64,000 nucleotides of DNA from the IMG/VR virus record IMGVR_UViG_2974529992_000001, positions 3,119-67,118 of that record, one strand, 5' to 3'. Shown in pieces: positions 1 to 8,771 of the stretch (position 1 is its first letter; each line of letters begins with the position of its first letter). Origin of the DNA: a virus (taxonomy: Duplodnaviria > Caudoviricetes). The notes under the pieces were generated by a model. It did no database searches. It saw nothing but the letters and a program-made list of their open reading frames with translations, and was not told where the DNA came from. Both the position numbers and the translations under genes were made by a program.

Positions 1-123
1 CCCGAGAGTCGCGAACTCAGCGACGACGCGGGCAAGTTGCCGGAGGGCTTCGGCGGCTCTCCGTCGCCGGGCGAGGACGCAAATCTCGGGACACCCGCAA
101 CGATCCCGCAGGCGGGTGCGTAG
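1..123 (+). CDS. 3' end of an upstream gene truncated by the window edge (PESRELSDDAGK...PQAGA*)
   Basis: Frame 1 open from position 1 to TAG at 121-123; G/P-rich C-terminal tail; product not identifiable. Confidence 0.5.
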   Translation, partial: PESRELSDDAGKLPEGFGGSPSPGEDANLGTPATIPQAGA

Positions 124-131
124 GGTATACT
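121..131 (+). promoter_or_regulatory. Putative -10 element TAGGG-TATACT
   Basis: TATACT 7 nt before the ATG at 139; same TAGGG-TAnnnT context at 8384 and 37678; no good -35. Confidence 0.45.
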
Positions 132-138
132 GGCCCTC

Positions 139-336
139 ATGGACGGCGGATACAGCACGAGCGGAGACGTGGTACCTTCGGGCGACCGCCGCGAGATGAT
201 CCGCAAATCTGCCGAAGCAGCTCGACAGCGTCGAACCGATAGAGCCCAGCGGGCCTCTGCGAAAGCCCAGGAATCCCTGGCGAAAGCACAGAAGCGCGCT
301 CTCAAGAACGGAGCGCCAGGCCGAAAGGTTCGGTAG
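139..336 (+). CDS. Small basic helical protein (65 aa)
   Basis: R/K/A-rich ORF whose stop abuts the next ATG. Confidence 0.75.
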   Translation: MDGGYSTSGDVVPSGDRREMIRKSAEAARQRRTDRAQRASAKAQESLAKAQKRALKNGAPGRKVR

Positions 337-1599
337 ATGCCGAGCGTCTGGTACATCGGAAACGCTGACGAGAGGGCGGTTCCGTTCGGTGATCAGATCT
401 TCGTCTGGAGAGATTCCAATGGATGGAGTCTCGACGAGTCTGTATTCACGAACGAACAGCTGAACACTCTCGACGCAGACCCCAGCTTCCTTCTCGGACA
501 GAATGGTCCTCGCGAGAATCCTCCGTGGACAGCAGATACCAGCATTGGTCGAGAGTCGGTTTACCTGAAGCAGATCAAGGGAATCGTCGATAGCTTCGGG
601 CAGGTCAAGGGTCGTCGTCTTCACGCAGCGCTATCTCGCGCCTACGCAGGTACGGGCGTATGCGACATCCTGAACATCGGCGATAGCGTGTCCACTCCGT
701 ACACCGGAGCCAGTTTCGATTTTCCTCGGTCGTGGCATCGCATGTTCAAGGAGTCCCTGATCTTCTCCGGGTACTTCGACGGTGGCACCGGTATCGTGCC
801 ATGTCTCCAAGGGAACGCGCAAGCGATCGACGACCGCATCACCCTCAGCGGAACTTGGAACACGAACAACGTAGCCTATCTCCAGGCTGGCCCCGGATCT
901 CCAATCCTGGACTTCTATCCGAACATGGAGACTTCGCGCATCGAGGTTCATTACAGCAACGCGGGCGCAGGGTTCGAAGTTGAGGTGACAGGGCAGGGCG
1001 AAGCCGAGAGCGTAGTTCCGGACGGCAGCCCAACTCTCGGAGTCTACGCACGCACGGTGCCGAACGGAGACCACGAAGTTCAGGTGACGGCTCAAGAGGG
1101 AGCGATCATCTTCAACGTGGCGGCGAAGGCGAGCTCTGGCATTCGATTCCATAATATGGGCAAGTATGGAATGACTGCACAGGGGTTCCTCGCGAACCAC
1201 AACTTCGTTCGTACCGTGGTCGAGTCTTCGATGCCGAACCCGGACGCCCTGATTCTGTCGTGTGGGGCGAACGATCTGACGAACGGGCGCAGTCCGGCAC
1301 AAATCGTTCAGGATCTGGGGACAATCGCCGGTATGTGCCCGACCTCAGATCTGGTAGTGTGCGTGGAGCCACAGACCACGACGGAAGTGGCCGACGCAGT
1401 GTGGGAGAGCCTACATCAGCGTTTGATTGCCTTCGCTAGGAGCAGAGGCGCGATATTGGTCGACTGGCACGACATGTTCGGTGGCCGTCAGTTGATCAAT
1501 CAGCTGGGATACGTGGGTGCAGACAACAAGCACCCGAACGCGACAGCTCAGGCCGCGATGGCCGCACAATTCAAGTCCTCTATCGGACTGCTGCTCTAG
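337..1599 (+). CDS. SGNH/GDSL hydrolase with N-terminal virion-docking-like domain
   Basis: Blocks GDS (IGDSVS), GxND (CGAND), DxxHP (DNKHPN); N-terminus similar to that of the 21667 fibre protein. Confidence 0.85.
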   Translation: MPSVWYIGNADERAVPFGDQIFVWRDSNGWSLDESVFTNEQLNTLDADPSFLLGQNGPRENPPWTADTSIGRESVYLKQIKGIVDSFGQVKGRRLHAALSRAYAGTGVCDILNIGDSVSTPYTGASFDFPRSWHRMFKESLIFSGYFDGGTGIVPCLQGNAQAIDDRITLSGTWNTNNVAYLQAGPGSPILDFYPNMETSRIEVHYSNAGAGFEVEVTGQGEAESVVPDGSPTLGVYARTVPNGDHEVQVTAQEGAIIFNVAAKASSGIRFHNMGKYGMTAQGFLANHNFVRTVVESSMPNPDALILSCGANDLTNGRSPAQIVQDLGTIAGMCPTSDLVVCVEPQTTTEVADAVWESLHQRLIAFARSRGAILVDWHDMFGGRQLINQLGYVGADNKHPNATAQAAMAAQFKSSIGLLL

Positions 1600-1610
1600 C
1601 AAGGAGAGAA

Positions 1611-2198
1611 ATGGCTCGCAAACGAGGAGCGTGGGGTAACGCGCTCGGTGGATACAAGCGACAGCGACGGGTCAAGGGCCGCTTCGCTTCCGGCTCGGGC
1701 GGTATGAGCCCGACGAAGCAGAATCGTCAACTGTATCGCAAGCGGAAGCGAGCGATCAATCGGAACACCCGGAATAACGTCCGCAGCGAGAACTTCGCCG
1801 CGTACCGGCCTTCGGTTCGCAAGGGGTACAACGCTATCGCACAGGCTCACGGAGCCAACCCCCGAGGCGCACAGCTGACACGAGACATCAAGTACTCGAG
1901 CGCGCAGATGAAGAAGAGCTATCGGCAGCAGGGTCGTCAGCAGAAGCGAGTGCTGAAGGCCAGCTACAAGATCGCCCAGAACAACGTGAAGATCTCCAAC
2001 GCGCAGAAGTCACTCGCGGCGAGTCCTCACTTGGCCGGAACCGGAATGCACAACAGCATCAATCGCAAGATCGCCAAGCGCCAGCGGCAGAACGTCGCGA
2101 TCGCCCGTCGGGCCGGTATCGCCAATCCCCGGCCGATCCCTCGCACTGGCCACATCGGCTCCGGCGTCATGGCGATTCCGGGTCCGCGGAAGCGATAG
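1611..2198 (+). CDS. Highly basic protein with WGNALGG motif (195 aa)
   Basis: SD AGGAG upstream; very K/R-rich; N-terminal WGNALGGYKxQRxxxGRF. Confidence 0.85.
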   Translation: MARKRGAWGNALGGYKRQRRVKGRFASGSGGMSPTKQNRQLYRKRKRAINRNTRNNVRSENFAAYRPSVRKGYNAIAQAHGANPRGAQLTRDIKYSSAQMKKSYRQQGRQQKRVLKASYKIAQNNVKISNAQKSLAASPHLAGTGMHNSINRKIAKRQRQNVAIARRAGIANPRPIPRTGHIGSGVMAIPGPRKR

Positions 2199-2203
2199 TC
2201 GTC

Positions 2204-2350
2204 ATGGGCAAGCGATGGGGCAACGCCCTCGGAGGCTGGAAATACCAGAAGCGAACGAAGAAGGGTACGTTCGCCGGTCTGGGACTTCGCGGCAAGACTC
2301 GTAAGGGCGTGAAGAAGGTGAAGGGCTCCCTTCGACGAAAGAGGCGGTAA
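2204..2350 (+). CDS. Small basic protein with WGNALGG motif (48 aa, MGKRWGNALGGWKYQKRTKKGTF...)
   Basis: Translated by hand (below the ORF-track cutoff); TAATG overlap with the next gene; shared motif. Confidence 0.8.
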   Translation: MGKRWGNALGGWKYQKRTKKGTFAGLGLRGKTRKGVKKVKGSLRRKRR

Positions 2351-2622
2351 TGGCTCTGAAGGCACGGAAGTTCAAGATTCGCTTCCAGCTGCGCCCGAGG
2401 AGCTCCAAGAAGCCTCAGCGGATCTCGCTGGTGTCGCAGCGACGCATCGTCGTGAACGGCAAGACCGTGAAGGCGGGCCAGAAGGTCGACCTGACTGATA
2501 AGAAGCATCAGCTCAAGGCGATCGTCGCGAAGCCGAAAGCGACGAAGAATCCTCGTGGAGCGAAACAGGCGACGATCAAAGCAGTCCGGAACGTGAAGGC
2601 AGGAAAGATCAACGGAGGTTGA
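2350..2622 (+). CDS. Basic protein (90 aa)
   Basis: K/R-rich ORF in a tightly coupled operon. Confidence 0.75.
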   Translation: MALKARKFKIRFQLRPRSSKKPQRISLVSQRRIVVNGKTVKAGQKVDLTDKKHQLKAIVAKPKATKNPRGAKQATIKAVRNVKAGKINGG

Positions 2623-2624
2623 TC

Positions 2625-2798
2625 ATGGGACGTAAACGTAAAGGCGGAAGCTCGAGATTCCACAGTAAGAAGCAGTGGAGGTGGGCCTTCGCGAACAAAA
2701 AGAGCTGGGCTCGTCGACACGCCCACCGTACTCCCGGCGGAAAAGGCAGGCGATACCGCAGGCTTCCGACGAGGAGCCGTAAGGGAAAGAAGCGCTAG
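2625..2798 (+). CDS. Small basic protein (57 aa, MGRKRKGGSSRFHSKKQWRWAFANKKSWARRHAH...)
   Basis: Hand translation; SD GGAGG upstream; stop abuts the ATG at 2799. Confidence 0.75.
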   Translation: MGRKRKGGSSRFHSKKQWRWAFANKKSWARRHAHRTPGGKGRRYRRLPTRSRKGKKR

Positions 2799-3554
2799 AT
2801 GGCAGGCAAGGGTCTCGTTCGAGGAAAGGCTTGGGGTAACGCTCTGGGCGGATACAAGACCCAGCCCCGTGACGCCTCGGGTCGATTCGGCGGCAAGGCT
2901 AAGAAGCGAGGCAGTTTTACGGTTCTTCGTAACGGAGGGCCGACCCCCGGCTCCAAGCCGAGGCGAGTAACCAATCCCAGCGCGGTTCCTCGTGCCAGTG
3001 GCCAGCGTAGCGTATTCAGCAAGGCTGACAAGATCGCTCGCAGTCGAGGCGGGGGAGTGGTGCCTTATCACCGTCACGGATATGGTCATCACACCGCCGG
3101 AGTGAATGCTGGCATCAGCATCACACCGAATCGACGGATCTCGGGCGGCGTGTACCTGCGTACCGATAACCTGCGTGCCCAGAAGCGTGTTTCGAAGCTC
3201 CTGAGCGCCGATGAGCGCGCTCGGATGGCCATTGGTGGGGGCGTGGCCACCGTGTACGGAGGTCAGAAGCGTAACGCCAATTGGATCAAGCGGAAACGAG
3301 ACGCTTTGGTCCGAAAGGGGCTCGGCAAAGAGCTGAACATCCCAAATTCCAACGCCTTCGGTCGAGCTGGCACTGACCGGAACGGCCTCCCGACCCTCGT
3401 CGTGCAGTACAATAGCCCGAGAGGAAAGAAGGAGCGCAGTCGTAAGGCTCGTGACACGGCAATCGTGAAGTACAACGAGGCAGCGACTCGCAGTCGGGGC
3501 AACAAGGTGAAGAAGCCGCGTCCGCAAAGGAGGAAGAAGAATGGCAAAGGGTAG
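2799..3554 (+). CDS. Highly basic protein with WGNALGG and RDxxGRF motifs (251 aa)
   Basis: N-terminal AWGNALGGYKTQPRDASGRF; K/R-rich. Confidence 0.85.
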   Translation: MAGKGLVRGKAWGNALGGYKTQPRDASGRFGGKAKKRGSFTVLRNGGPTPGSKPRRVTNPSAVPRASGQRSVFSKADKIARSRGGGVVPYHRHGYGHHTAGVNAGISITPNRRISGGVYLRTDNLRAQKRVSKLLSADERARMAIGGGVATVYGGQKRNANWIKRKRDALVRKGLGKELNIPNSNAFGRAGTDRNGLPTLVVQYNSPRGKKERSRKARDTAIVKYNEAATRSRGNKVKKPRPQRRKKNGKG

Positions 3555-3621
3555 GCCGTCTCGAGGAACCGGCAGAGACAGACGACTGAAGCGCAATCGA
3601 GGGAAGAAGAAGCGTCGCTGA
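3541..3621 (+). CDS. Tiny basic peptide (26 aa, MAKGRPSRGTGRDRRLKRNRGKKKRR)
   Basis: Hand translation; GGAAG/AAGAAG purine run upstream; fills the gap exactly before the JAB gene. Confidence 0.6.
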   Translation: MAKGRPSRGTGRDRRLKRNRGKKKRR

Positions 3622-3622
3622 C

Positions 3623-3997
3623 ATGACCGCGACCGTTTCCGTACAACGCTCGTTTCCCGACCCCCTGAACAAAAGTGCCTGTGAGGAGCTTCTTTCGAAG
3701 TGGGGTCTGGGAGACGAGCGTTGCGGTGTGATATTGCACGACGGTACTGTGATAGAGCTCCGCAATGGATGGGAAGACCCCTCTCATGCTTTCGGGATTC
3801 TCCGTGAGGAGCTCGAGGAAATCTTCAGCGAACACGGAACCCATTGTCTTATGGGAATCTGGCACACTCACCCGAACAACAGAACCAGCCCAAGCAAGCA
3901 TGATGCTGAGGGGTGGCCGACTGGTTCATTGCGATACTTTATCGTAACCCAATCCGAAGTGGCGGAGTGGGCGAACCCTTTCGACAGGCTCTACTAG
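3623..3997 (+). CDS. JAB/MPN (JAMM) metalloprotease
   Basis: ERCGVI (catalytic Glu) plus exact HxH-x7-S-x2-D motif HTHPNNRTSPSKHD. Confidence 0.9.
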   Translation: MTATVSVQRSFPDPLNKSACEELLSKWGLGDERCGVILHDGTVIELRNGWEDPSHAFGILREELEEIFSEHGTHCLMGIWHTHPNNRTSPSKHDAEGWPTGSLRYFIVTQSEVAEWANPFDRLY

Positions 3998-4027
3998 TTG
4001 CCAGCTTGCTTCCGCATGAGGTAAGCT
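3998..4027 (+). promoter_or_regulatory. Putative sigma-A-like promoter for scaffold/capsid operon
   Basis: TTGCCA-18 nt-TAAGCT in the intergenic gap; SD GGAGG before the ATG at 4064. Confidence 0.45.
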
Positions 4028-4063
4028 GAAGCTCGTTACTTACCCTGAGAGCCGGAGGTTCCA

Positions 4064-4810
4064 ATGAAGTCGACCGTCCTTCGTAAGGACATCGCAAAGT
4101 TCTTCGCCTTCGGCGGAGACGGCGGTGAAGAGCCGCCCAACATCAACGTTCCTGGAGCGAAGGACGACAACAAGAGTCGCGGTAGCAGCCGTCGACGCAG
4201 TCGTCGCCGGGATGACGACGATGACGACGACGATGACGACATCGACCTGAACGATTCGGGTCCGGGCTCCAAGGACAACAAGATCTATAAGTTGTCGCAG
4301 GAGAACAAGAATCGTCGACGGGCGAATCGCGAACTGCGAGAGACGATCGCCGAGCGCGACGAGCGCATCGAGGAGCTCGAAGAGGAACTGCGCAAGGTTC
4401 CGCAGCTCCAGAGCCTGTACGAGAAGCAGAAGCAGGACAACGAGAAGATGAAGGACACCGTCCGCGAGATGGCCCTTCGTCAGGCTCTTGGGACAGCCAA
4501 GGGCAAGGACGAGAAGCCGCTGGCATGGTACGATGAGGGCATGGTTCTTGACCTCATCGACCGCAAGAAGGTCGCGGTGGACCTCAAGGATTTCTCGGTG
4601 AGCGGTCTGGACGATCAGCTCCAGAAGATCGCCGAAGAGAAGCCGTTCCTCGTGAAGGACTCCAGCGGAGAGCCGACCGGCGGGACCAGCAGTCGCACCA
4701 CGGCAACGGGTGCGGCACCCCAGAGCAGCGCGACGGGAACCGGGCAGCAGAATCAGACGGCTACGAAAGACAAGTACCAGTCTCGATTCGCTGCGTTGAA
4801 CAACATCTGA
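4064..4810 (+). CDS. Capsid scaffolding protein
   Basis: Acidic/low-complexity N-half, coiled-coil centre, flexible C-tail; two genes upstream of the major capsid gene. Confidence 0.85.
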   Translation: MKSTVLRKDIAKFFAFGGDGGEEPPNINVPGAKDDNKSRGSSRRRSRRRDDDDDDDDDDIDLNDSGPGSKDNKIYKLSQENKNRRRANRELRETIAERDERIEELEEELRKVPQLQSLYEKQKQDNEKMKDTVREMALRQALGTAKGKDEKPLAWYDEGMVLDLIDRKKVAVDLKDFSVSGLDDQLQKIAEEKPFLVKDSSGEPTGGTSSRTTATGAAPQSSATGTGQQNQTATKDKYQSRFAALNNI

Positions 4811-4821
4811 AAGGATACGTC

Positions 4822-5199
4822 GTGGCGAACTACGACAAGTACAACTCCAAGGTTGGAGGCTTCCGCGCGCCGCTCGCAGCCGATTGGTCGACGGACGATC
4901 TCAAGGAAGTGATCGGTGTCGGTCTGAACGCATCGGGCCAGATCGTCAAGGGCGGTGGAAGCACCGGTCTCGTCGGGATCCTGGTCCTGACCAAGGCGCT
5001 CAAGGCAGGCGATATCGTGGACCCGATGGTTCGCGGTCACGTCACCGACTTCGGCGGCAACCCCGGAACCATCTACTACGCGGACCCGACGACCGGCGTC
5101 GTGAACTCGACTTCGGCCGCAGGCAAGTACCGCGTCGGCCACACCGTCGGCAAGGACTTCCTCGTCGTCGACTTCAACAAGACCCCGGTCGCGGCGTAA
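4822..5199 (+). CDS. Capsid decoration/cement-like protein
   Basis: 125 aa between scaffold and MCP; G/V-rich beta-type sequence; strong codon bias. Confidence 0.7.
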   Translation: MANYDKYNSKVGGFRAPLAADWSTDDLKEVIGVGLNASGQIVKGGGSTGLVGILVLTKALKAGDIVDPMVRGHVTDFGGNPGTIYYADPTTGVVNSTSAAGKYRVGHTVGKDFLVVDFNKTPVAA

Positions 5200-5212
5200 G
5201 GAAGGAAGAGGA

Positions 5213-6376
5213 ATGATGATCGAACTGAAGACCAAGTTCTTCGCCTTCGGTGGCGACGGCGGTTACCAGACCGCTGGCGACATCGTCACTCAGACCATCG
5301 ACGGTGTCGACCTGAACGCCCTTTGGGCGGAGTACCAGGAGACCATCGCTCTTTGGAACGAGCGCCGACTCGGGCTCGCAGGACTGCTGACCTTCCCGGT
5401 CACCAACCTGATCGAGAACGTCCCGCAGGTCGGCGACGCGATCTTCCAGGAAGCGTCGGAGTTCGGCGAGCCGGAAGCCGGGAAGATCCCCGTCAGCTAC
5501 ATCCAGCTCGGCTACGACTTCAAGTGGTACGACGTCGCGAGCCGTTGGACCTGGATGTTCCTGGCCGACGCGGATGTCCGACAGATCGACGCCCTCCACA
5601 ACGCCTACCTGAACGGCGACGCGCGACTCGTGTTCCGGAAGATCATGGAAGCGATCTTCGACAACCGGAATCGTTCCGCGGACATCAACAGTCAGGCGTA
5701 CAACGTCTACCCGCTCTACAACGGGGACGGCATGGTGCCGCCGGACTACGGCGTGAACGAGTTCGAGGGCACGCACTCGCACTACCTCGTCTCGGGTGGT
5801 ACCGAGATCGATCCGGGCGACCTGGAGAACGCCACGGAGCACATCGAGGAGCACGGCTACTCGAAGGAAAACGGCACGACCCTCATCCACCTCGTCAACA
5901 AGGCGCAGGCGAAGGTCATTCGCACGTTCCGACAGGGGCAGACGACCAACGGAGTCGTGGCGAACTACGACTTCATCCCGTCCACCAACGAGTCGCCGAT
6001 CATTCTCCCGGCCGAGGGCATCCTCGGTTCGCGTCCGCCGAGCACCTGGCAGGGCCTCCGTGTGCTCGGTTCGTACAACGACGCGCTCATCATCGAGCAC
6101 TTCGCCATCCCGGCGCTGTACATGCTGACGTTCGCCTCCGGTGGACTCGGCCAGATGGGCAACCTCGTCGGTCTCCGCGAGCATGCGAACCCGGCTTACC
6201 GGGGTCTGCGACTCATCGCCGGCAATCAGCAGGGCTACCCGCTGACGGAGTCGTTCTACTCGCGAGGATTCGGCACCGGCATCCGACAGCGTGGCGGAGG
6301 CGTCGTGACGCAGATCAAGGCGTCGGGCTCGTACGACATCCCGACGCAGTACCGTAAGGGATCGGGGCTGGGCTGA
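5213..6376 (+). CDS. Major capsid protein
   Basis: 387 aa, position after scaffold/decoration, strongest codon bias, SD AGGAAG. Confidence 0.88.
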   Translation: MMIELKTKFFAFGGDGGYQTAGDIVTQTIDGVDLNALWAEYQETIALWNERRLGLAGLLTFPVTNLIENVPQVGDAIFQEASEFGEPEAGKIPVSYIQLGYDFKWYDVASRWTWMFLADADVRQIDALHNAYLNGDARLVFRKIMEAIFDNRNRSADINSQAYNVYPLYNGDGMVPPDYGVNEFEGTHSHYLVSGGTEIDPGDLENATEHIEEHGYSKENGTTLIHLVNKAQAKVIRTFRQGQTTNGVVANYDFIPSTNESPIILPAEGILGSRPPSTWQGLRVLGSYNDALIIEHFAIPALYMLTFASGGLGQMGNLVGLREHANPAYRGLRLIAGNQQGYPLTESFYSRGFGTGIRQRGGGVVTQIKASGSYDIPTQYRKGSGLG

Positions 6377-6858
6377 TGAGCAAGCAGATCGACGAATCTC
6401 GGCCGTACACCAAGGAGGACATCGAATACGTCCTCACCCTGGCTGGCGGTAAAGAGCGAGTCGCACTGAATGCTCAGCGATTCGCCCACCTGTCCAAGAA
6501 GGAGAAGTCCGAAGCTCAGGATCAGGCCTCGAAGGCCGATTCCGACGAGGCGCAGATCCAGCAGAAGCTGGAAGAGGCGCAACAGCAGGCGGAAGAGGAC
6601 TCCTATCATCCGGACGACCTCGCGAAGGTCGAGGGCCAGACGATCAAGGAGATGCAACAGCAGCTCCGGAAGCTGGGCCTCAACGACAAGGTGACGGAGA
6701 AGGACAAGCGGGATTCTGACGATCCCGACGATCCGTTCACCGAGAAGGAAGTTCTCGCCATCCGTTTGCTCGAGCATTACGACGCCGAGCGGAACGCCGC
6801 AGAGAGTCCCGAGGATTCCGAGAGCAACAAGGACGAGGACGAGACCAAGTCCGAGTGA
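6376..6858 (+). CDS. Acidic head-associated protein with SAP/HeH-like segment
   Basis: TGATG overlap with MCP; segment QTIKEMQQQLRKLGL. Confidence 0.75.
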   Translation: MSKQIDESRPYTKEDIEYVLTLAGGKERVALNAQRFAHLSKKEKSEAQDQASKADSDEAQIQQKLEEAQQQAEEDSYHPDDLAKVEGQTIKEMQQQLRKLGLNDKVTEKDKRDSDDPDDPFTEKEVLAIRLLEHYDAERNAAESPEDSESNKDEDETKSE

Positions 6859-6877
6859 GGTGATCCACATCTAGTGC

Positions 6878-6910
6878 AAGCCGGGGTGTTCCTCCAAGAC
6901 ACCCCGGCTT
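6878..6910 (+). terminator. Stem-loop after the capsid operon
   Basis: AAGCCGGGGTGT / ACACCCCGGCTT perfect 12-bp stem; weak U-tract. Confidence 0.65.
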
Positions 6911-6926
6911 CGCGCTAAGGAGAATC

Positions 6927-7247
6927 ATGGCTGAATCAAGCGATATCGAAGACGTCAAAGACCTCCTTCCAGCGGATAACGACTGGACTGACGATAAGAT
7001 CGGCCTGAAGCTCGATGCAGGCCGTACTGTGTTCGGCGTCGTTCAGAACTACTGGGAGTCGCAGGCAGCACGATTCCACGCGGCGATGGATGTGAACGAG
7101 AGCGGCAGCGTGCGTAGCTTCTCTCGTCTCTACGACAACGCCTTGAAGCAGGCCGAATACTGGTCAAGTCGTGTAGCGAAAGAGGAAGAGGACAACGAAG
7201 ATCCTCCGATCGACCACGCAACAGTCCATCTCGCAACGAGGCTCTGA
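6927..7247 (+). CDS. Head-to-tail adaptor-like protein
   Basis: Position and size; SD AAGGAG; helical acidic 106 aa. Confidence 0.65.
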   Translation: MAESSDIEDVKDLLPADNDWTDDKIGLKLDAGRTVFGVVQNYWESQAARFHAAMDVNESGSVRSFSRLYDNALKQAEYWSSRVAKEEEDNEDPPIDHATVHLATRL

Positions 7248-7636
7248 TGGAGCACGCGGGCACATTGCCGTTCCTTCGAAACGGCACTCTGATGTTCATC
7301 AAGCAAGACCCCACGTGGGTAACCCTGACGCCCAAGGGCAGTTCAGAGGCCTCTCGCGGCCCCGGAGGCGGTTTTGTTAAGGGTGCTGGCACCCCACGGC
7401 CCGCACAGCAAGTCAAGCTAATCTCCAGGGGTGGAGAAGGTACGACTTCTGGAGAAGGTGGATTCGATTTACAGTACGAATACGTGATCGTGGCAGCTCA
7501 CGATGCGACCATCGCTGTCGGGGACGAATTCACTCTCGGAGACAACCGATTCTACGTTTACTCCATGGACCCTTACAACGGGTACGAGGTGAAGGCGTAT
7601 GCCCGTCAGCACGGCAGGAAGCCGACCGATGGGTAA
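7247..7636 (+). CDS. Head-to-tail stopper-like protein
   Basis: Position; beta-rich C-half (IAVGDEFTLGDNRFYV). Confidence 0.65.
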   Translation: MEHAGTLPFLRNGTLMFIKQDPTWVTLTPKGSSEASRGPGGGFVKGAGTPRPAQQVKLISRGGEGTTSGEGGFDLQYEYVIVAAHDATIAVGDEFTLGDNRFYVYSMDPYNGYEVKAYARQHGRKPTDG

Positions 7637-7979
7637 GATGCGAATCAAGTACGACGATCGAAAACTCCGCAGGAACGTGGAGAATCTGGACGAGTACTAC
7701 GACGACATGATCAAGGCGATCGTCGAATATCACGCTGCTCAGGGTGAGATCGACATGAAGACGAATGCTCCCTGGACAGACCGCACCACGGCGGCTCGGC
7801 AGGGGCTGTACACGGTCGTGAATCACGAAGGCAAGGGTCACTATACGATCATCTTCAGCCATACCGTTCACTACGGAATCTGGCTCGAAGTAAAATTCTC
7901 TGGTCGTGACGCGATCATCATGCCGACCGTCCTCAGCCGAGGAAGAGCCCTCATGGAAGACCTGAGGAGGATAGCATGA
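7629..7979 (+). CDS. Neck protein, HK97 gp10-like
   Basis: Motif MKTNAPWTDRTTAARQGL; ATG at 7629 chosen. Confidence 0.7.
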   Translation: MGKMRIKYDDRKLRRNVENLDEYYDDMIKAIVEYHAAQGEIDMKTNAPWTDRTTAARQGLYTVVNHEGKGHYTIIFSHTVHYGIWLEVKFSGRDAIIMPTVLSRGRALMEDLRRIA

Positions 7980-8386
7980 GCAGCGGCGCGGTGTATCAGG
8001 CTCTCACGAACGACCCGACTCTCCAAACGCTCTGTGGCGGAACAGATAACTTCGTGTTCCCCGATTATGCTATGGAGAGCGCTCCTCGTGACGGAGTGTT
8101 CCTTATCCTGCGATGGGGCGCTCAGGACGTCACTCGTGCAATTCGTCGGGGACCGGTCGATCTTACAGTGTGGGCGCATCAGCCCAAGGAAGATTCCACC
8201 GATTACACTTTGATCAATCGTGTGCTGAATCGTGCCCGTGATGTTCTAGAGGCAATCCCTGATACCCCCGGACCAGACAGCGTCCGAGTGAACGACGTTG
8301 CCTTCCAGGGCAACGGAGGGAACCTGTACGACCCAGGTTTCCAGACGATTACGAAGAACTCAGTGTACCGTGTGCTTCTGGCATAG
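7976..8386 (+). CDS. Tail terminator-like protein
   Basis: Position before the major tail gene; 136 aa. Confidence 0.65.
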   Translation: MSSGAVYQALTNDPTLQTLCGGTDNFVFPDYAMESAPRDGVFLILRWGAQDVTRAIRRGPVDLTVWAHQPKEDSTDYTLINRVLNRARDVLEAIPDTPGPDSVRVNDVAFQGNGGNLYDPGFQTITKNSVYRVLLA

Positions 8387-8394
8387 GGTATGAT
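8384..8394 (+). promoter_or_regulatory. Putative -10 element TAGGG-TATGAT
   Basis: Intergenic, followed by SD GGAGG and the ATG at 8418. Confidence 0.45.
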
Positions 8395-8417
8395 GTACCA
8401 TATACACGGAGGTAACG

Positions 8418-8771
8418 ATGGCGAATTCGAGCAACAAGCGCCCAGCTGACAACGCTGAGCGGACACCGGAAACCACGGTTCAGGACAACGAACCCCTGAC
8501 CCGTCAGGACCCGGCGATCATCGAGACGCAGACCGCTGCGCCCGAAGGTCTGGACACCTCGTCCGGCAAGTTCGTTCAGCATCTGCCGCACAACCTGTTC
8601 GGCGCTCGGGTCATCAGCGAGGACGACTGGAAGTCGATCGGTGTCTACGACCAGGCGAGTGTCGAGTGGAACGAGGCCAACGGCTTCCGACTCCCGGTCG
8701 AGATGTTCAACGACGGCGCCCTCCAGTACCTGACCAATCGCGACGACGGTTTTCGAGTCGTCGGCGGCTGA
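8418..8771 (+). CDS. Virion protein carrying the stand-alone docking-like domain
   Basis: C-half VEWNEANGFRLPVEMF resembles the N-termini of the 337 and 21667 proteins. Confidence 0.75.
   Translation: MANSSNKRPADNAERTPETTVQDNEPLTRQDPAIIETQTAAPEGLDTSSGKFVQHLPHNLFGARVISEDDWKSIGVYDQASVEWNEANGFRLPVEMFNDGALQYLTNRDDGFRVVGG

Noticed and set aside
4097-5263. Host Prp cleavage (FF|A) of scaffold and capsid
   Set aside because: FFA resembles the staphylococcal motif, but the upstream KLNLQ is absent and Prp with extended L27 is not expected in Actinobacteria. Kept only as an alternative to the JAB hypothesis.
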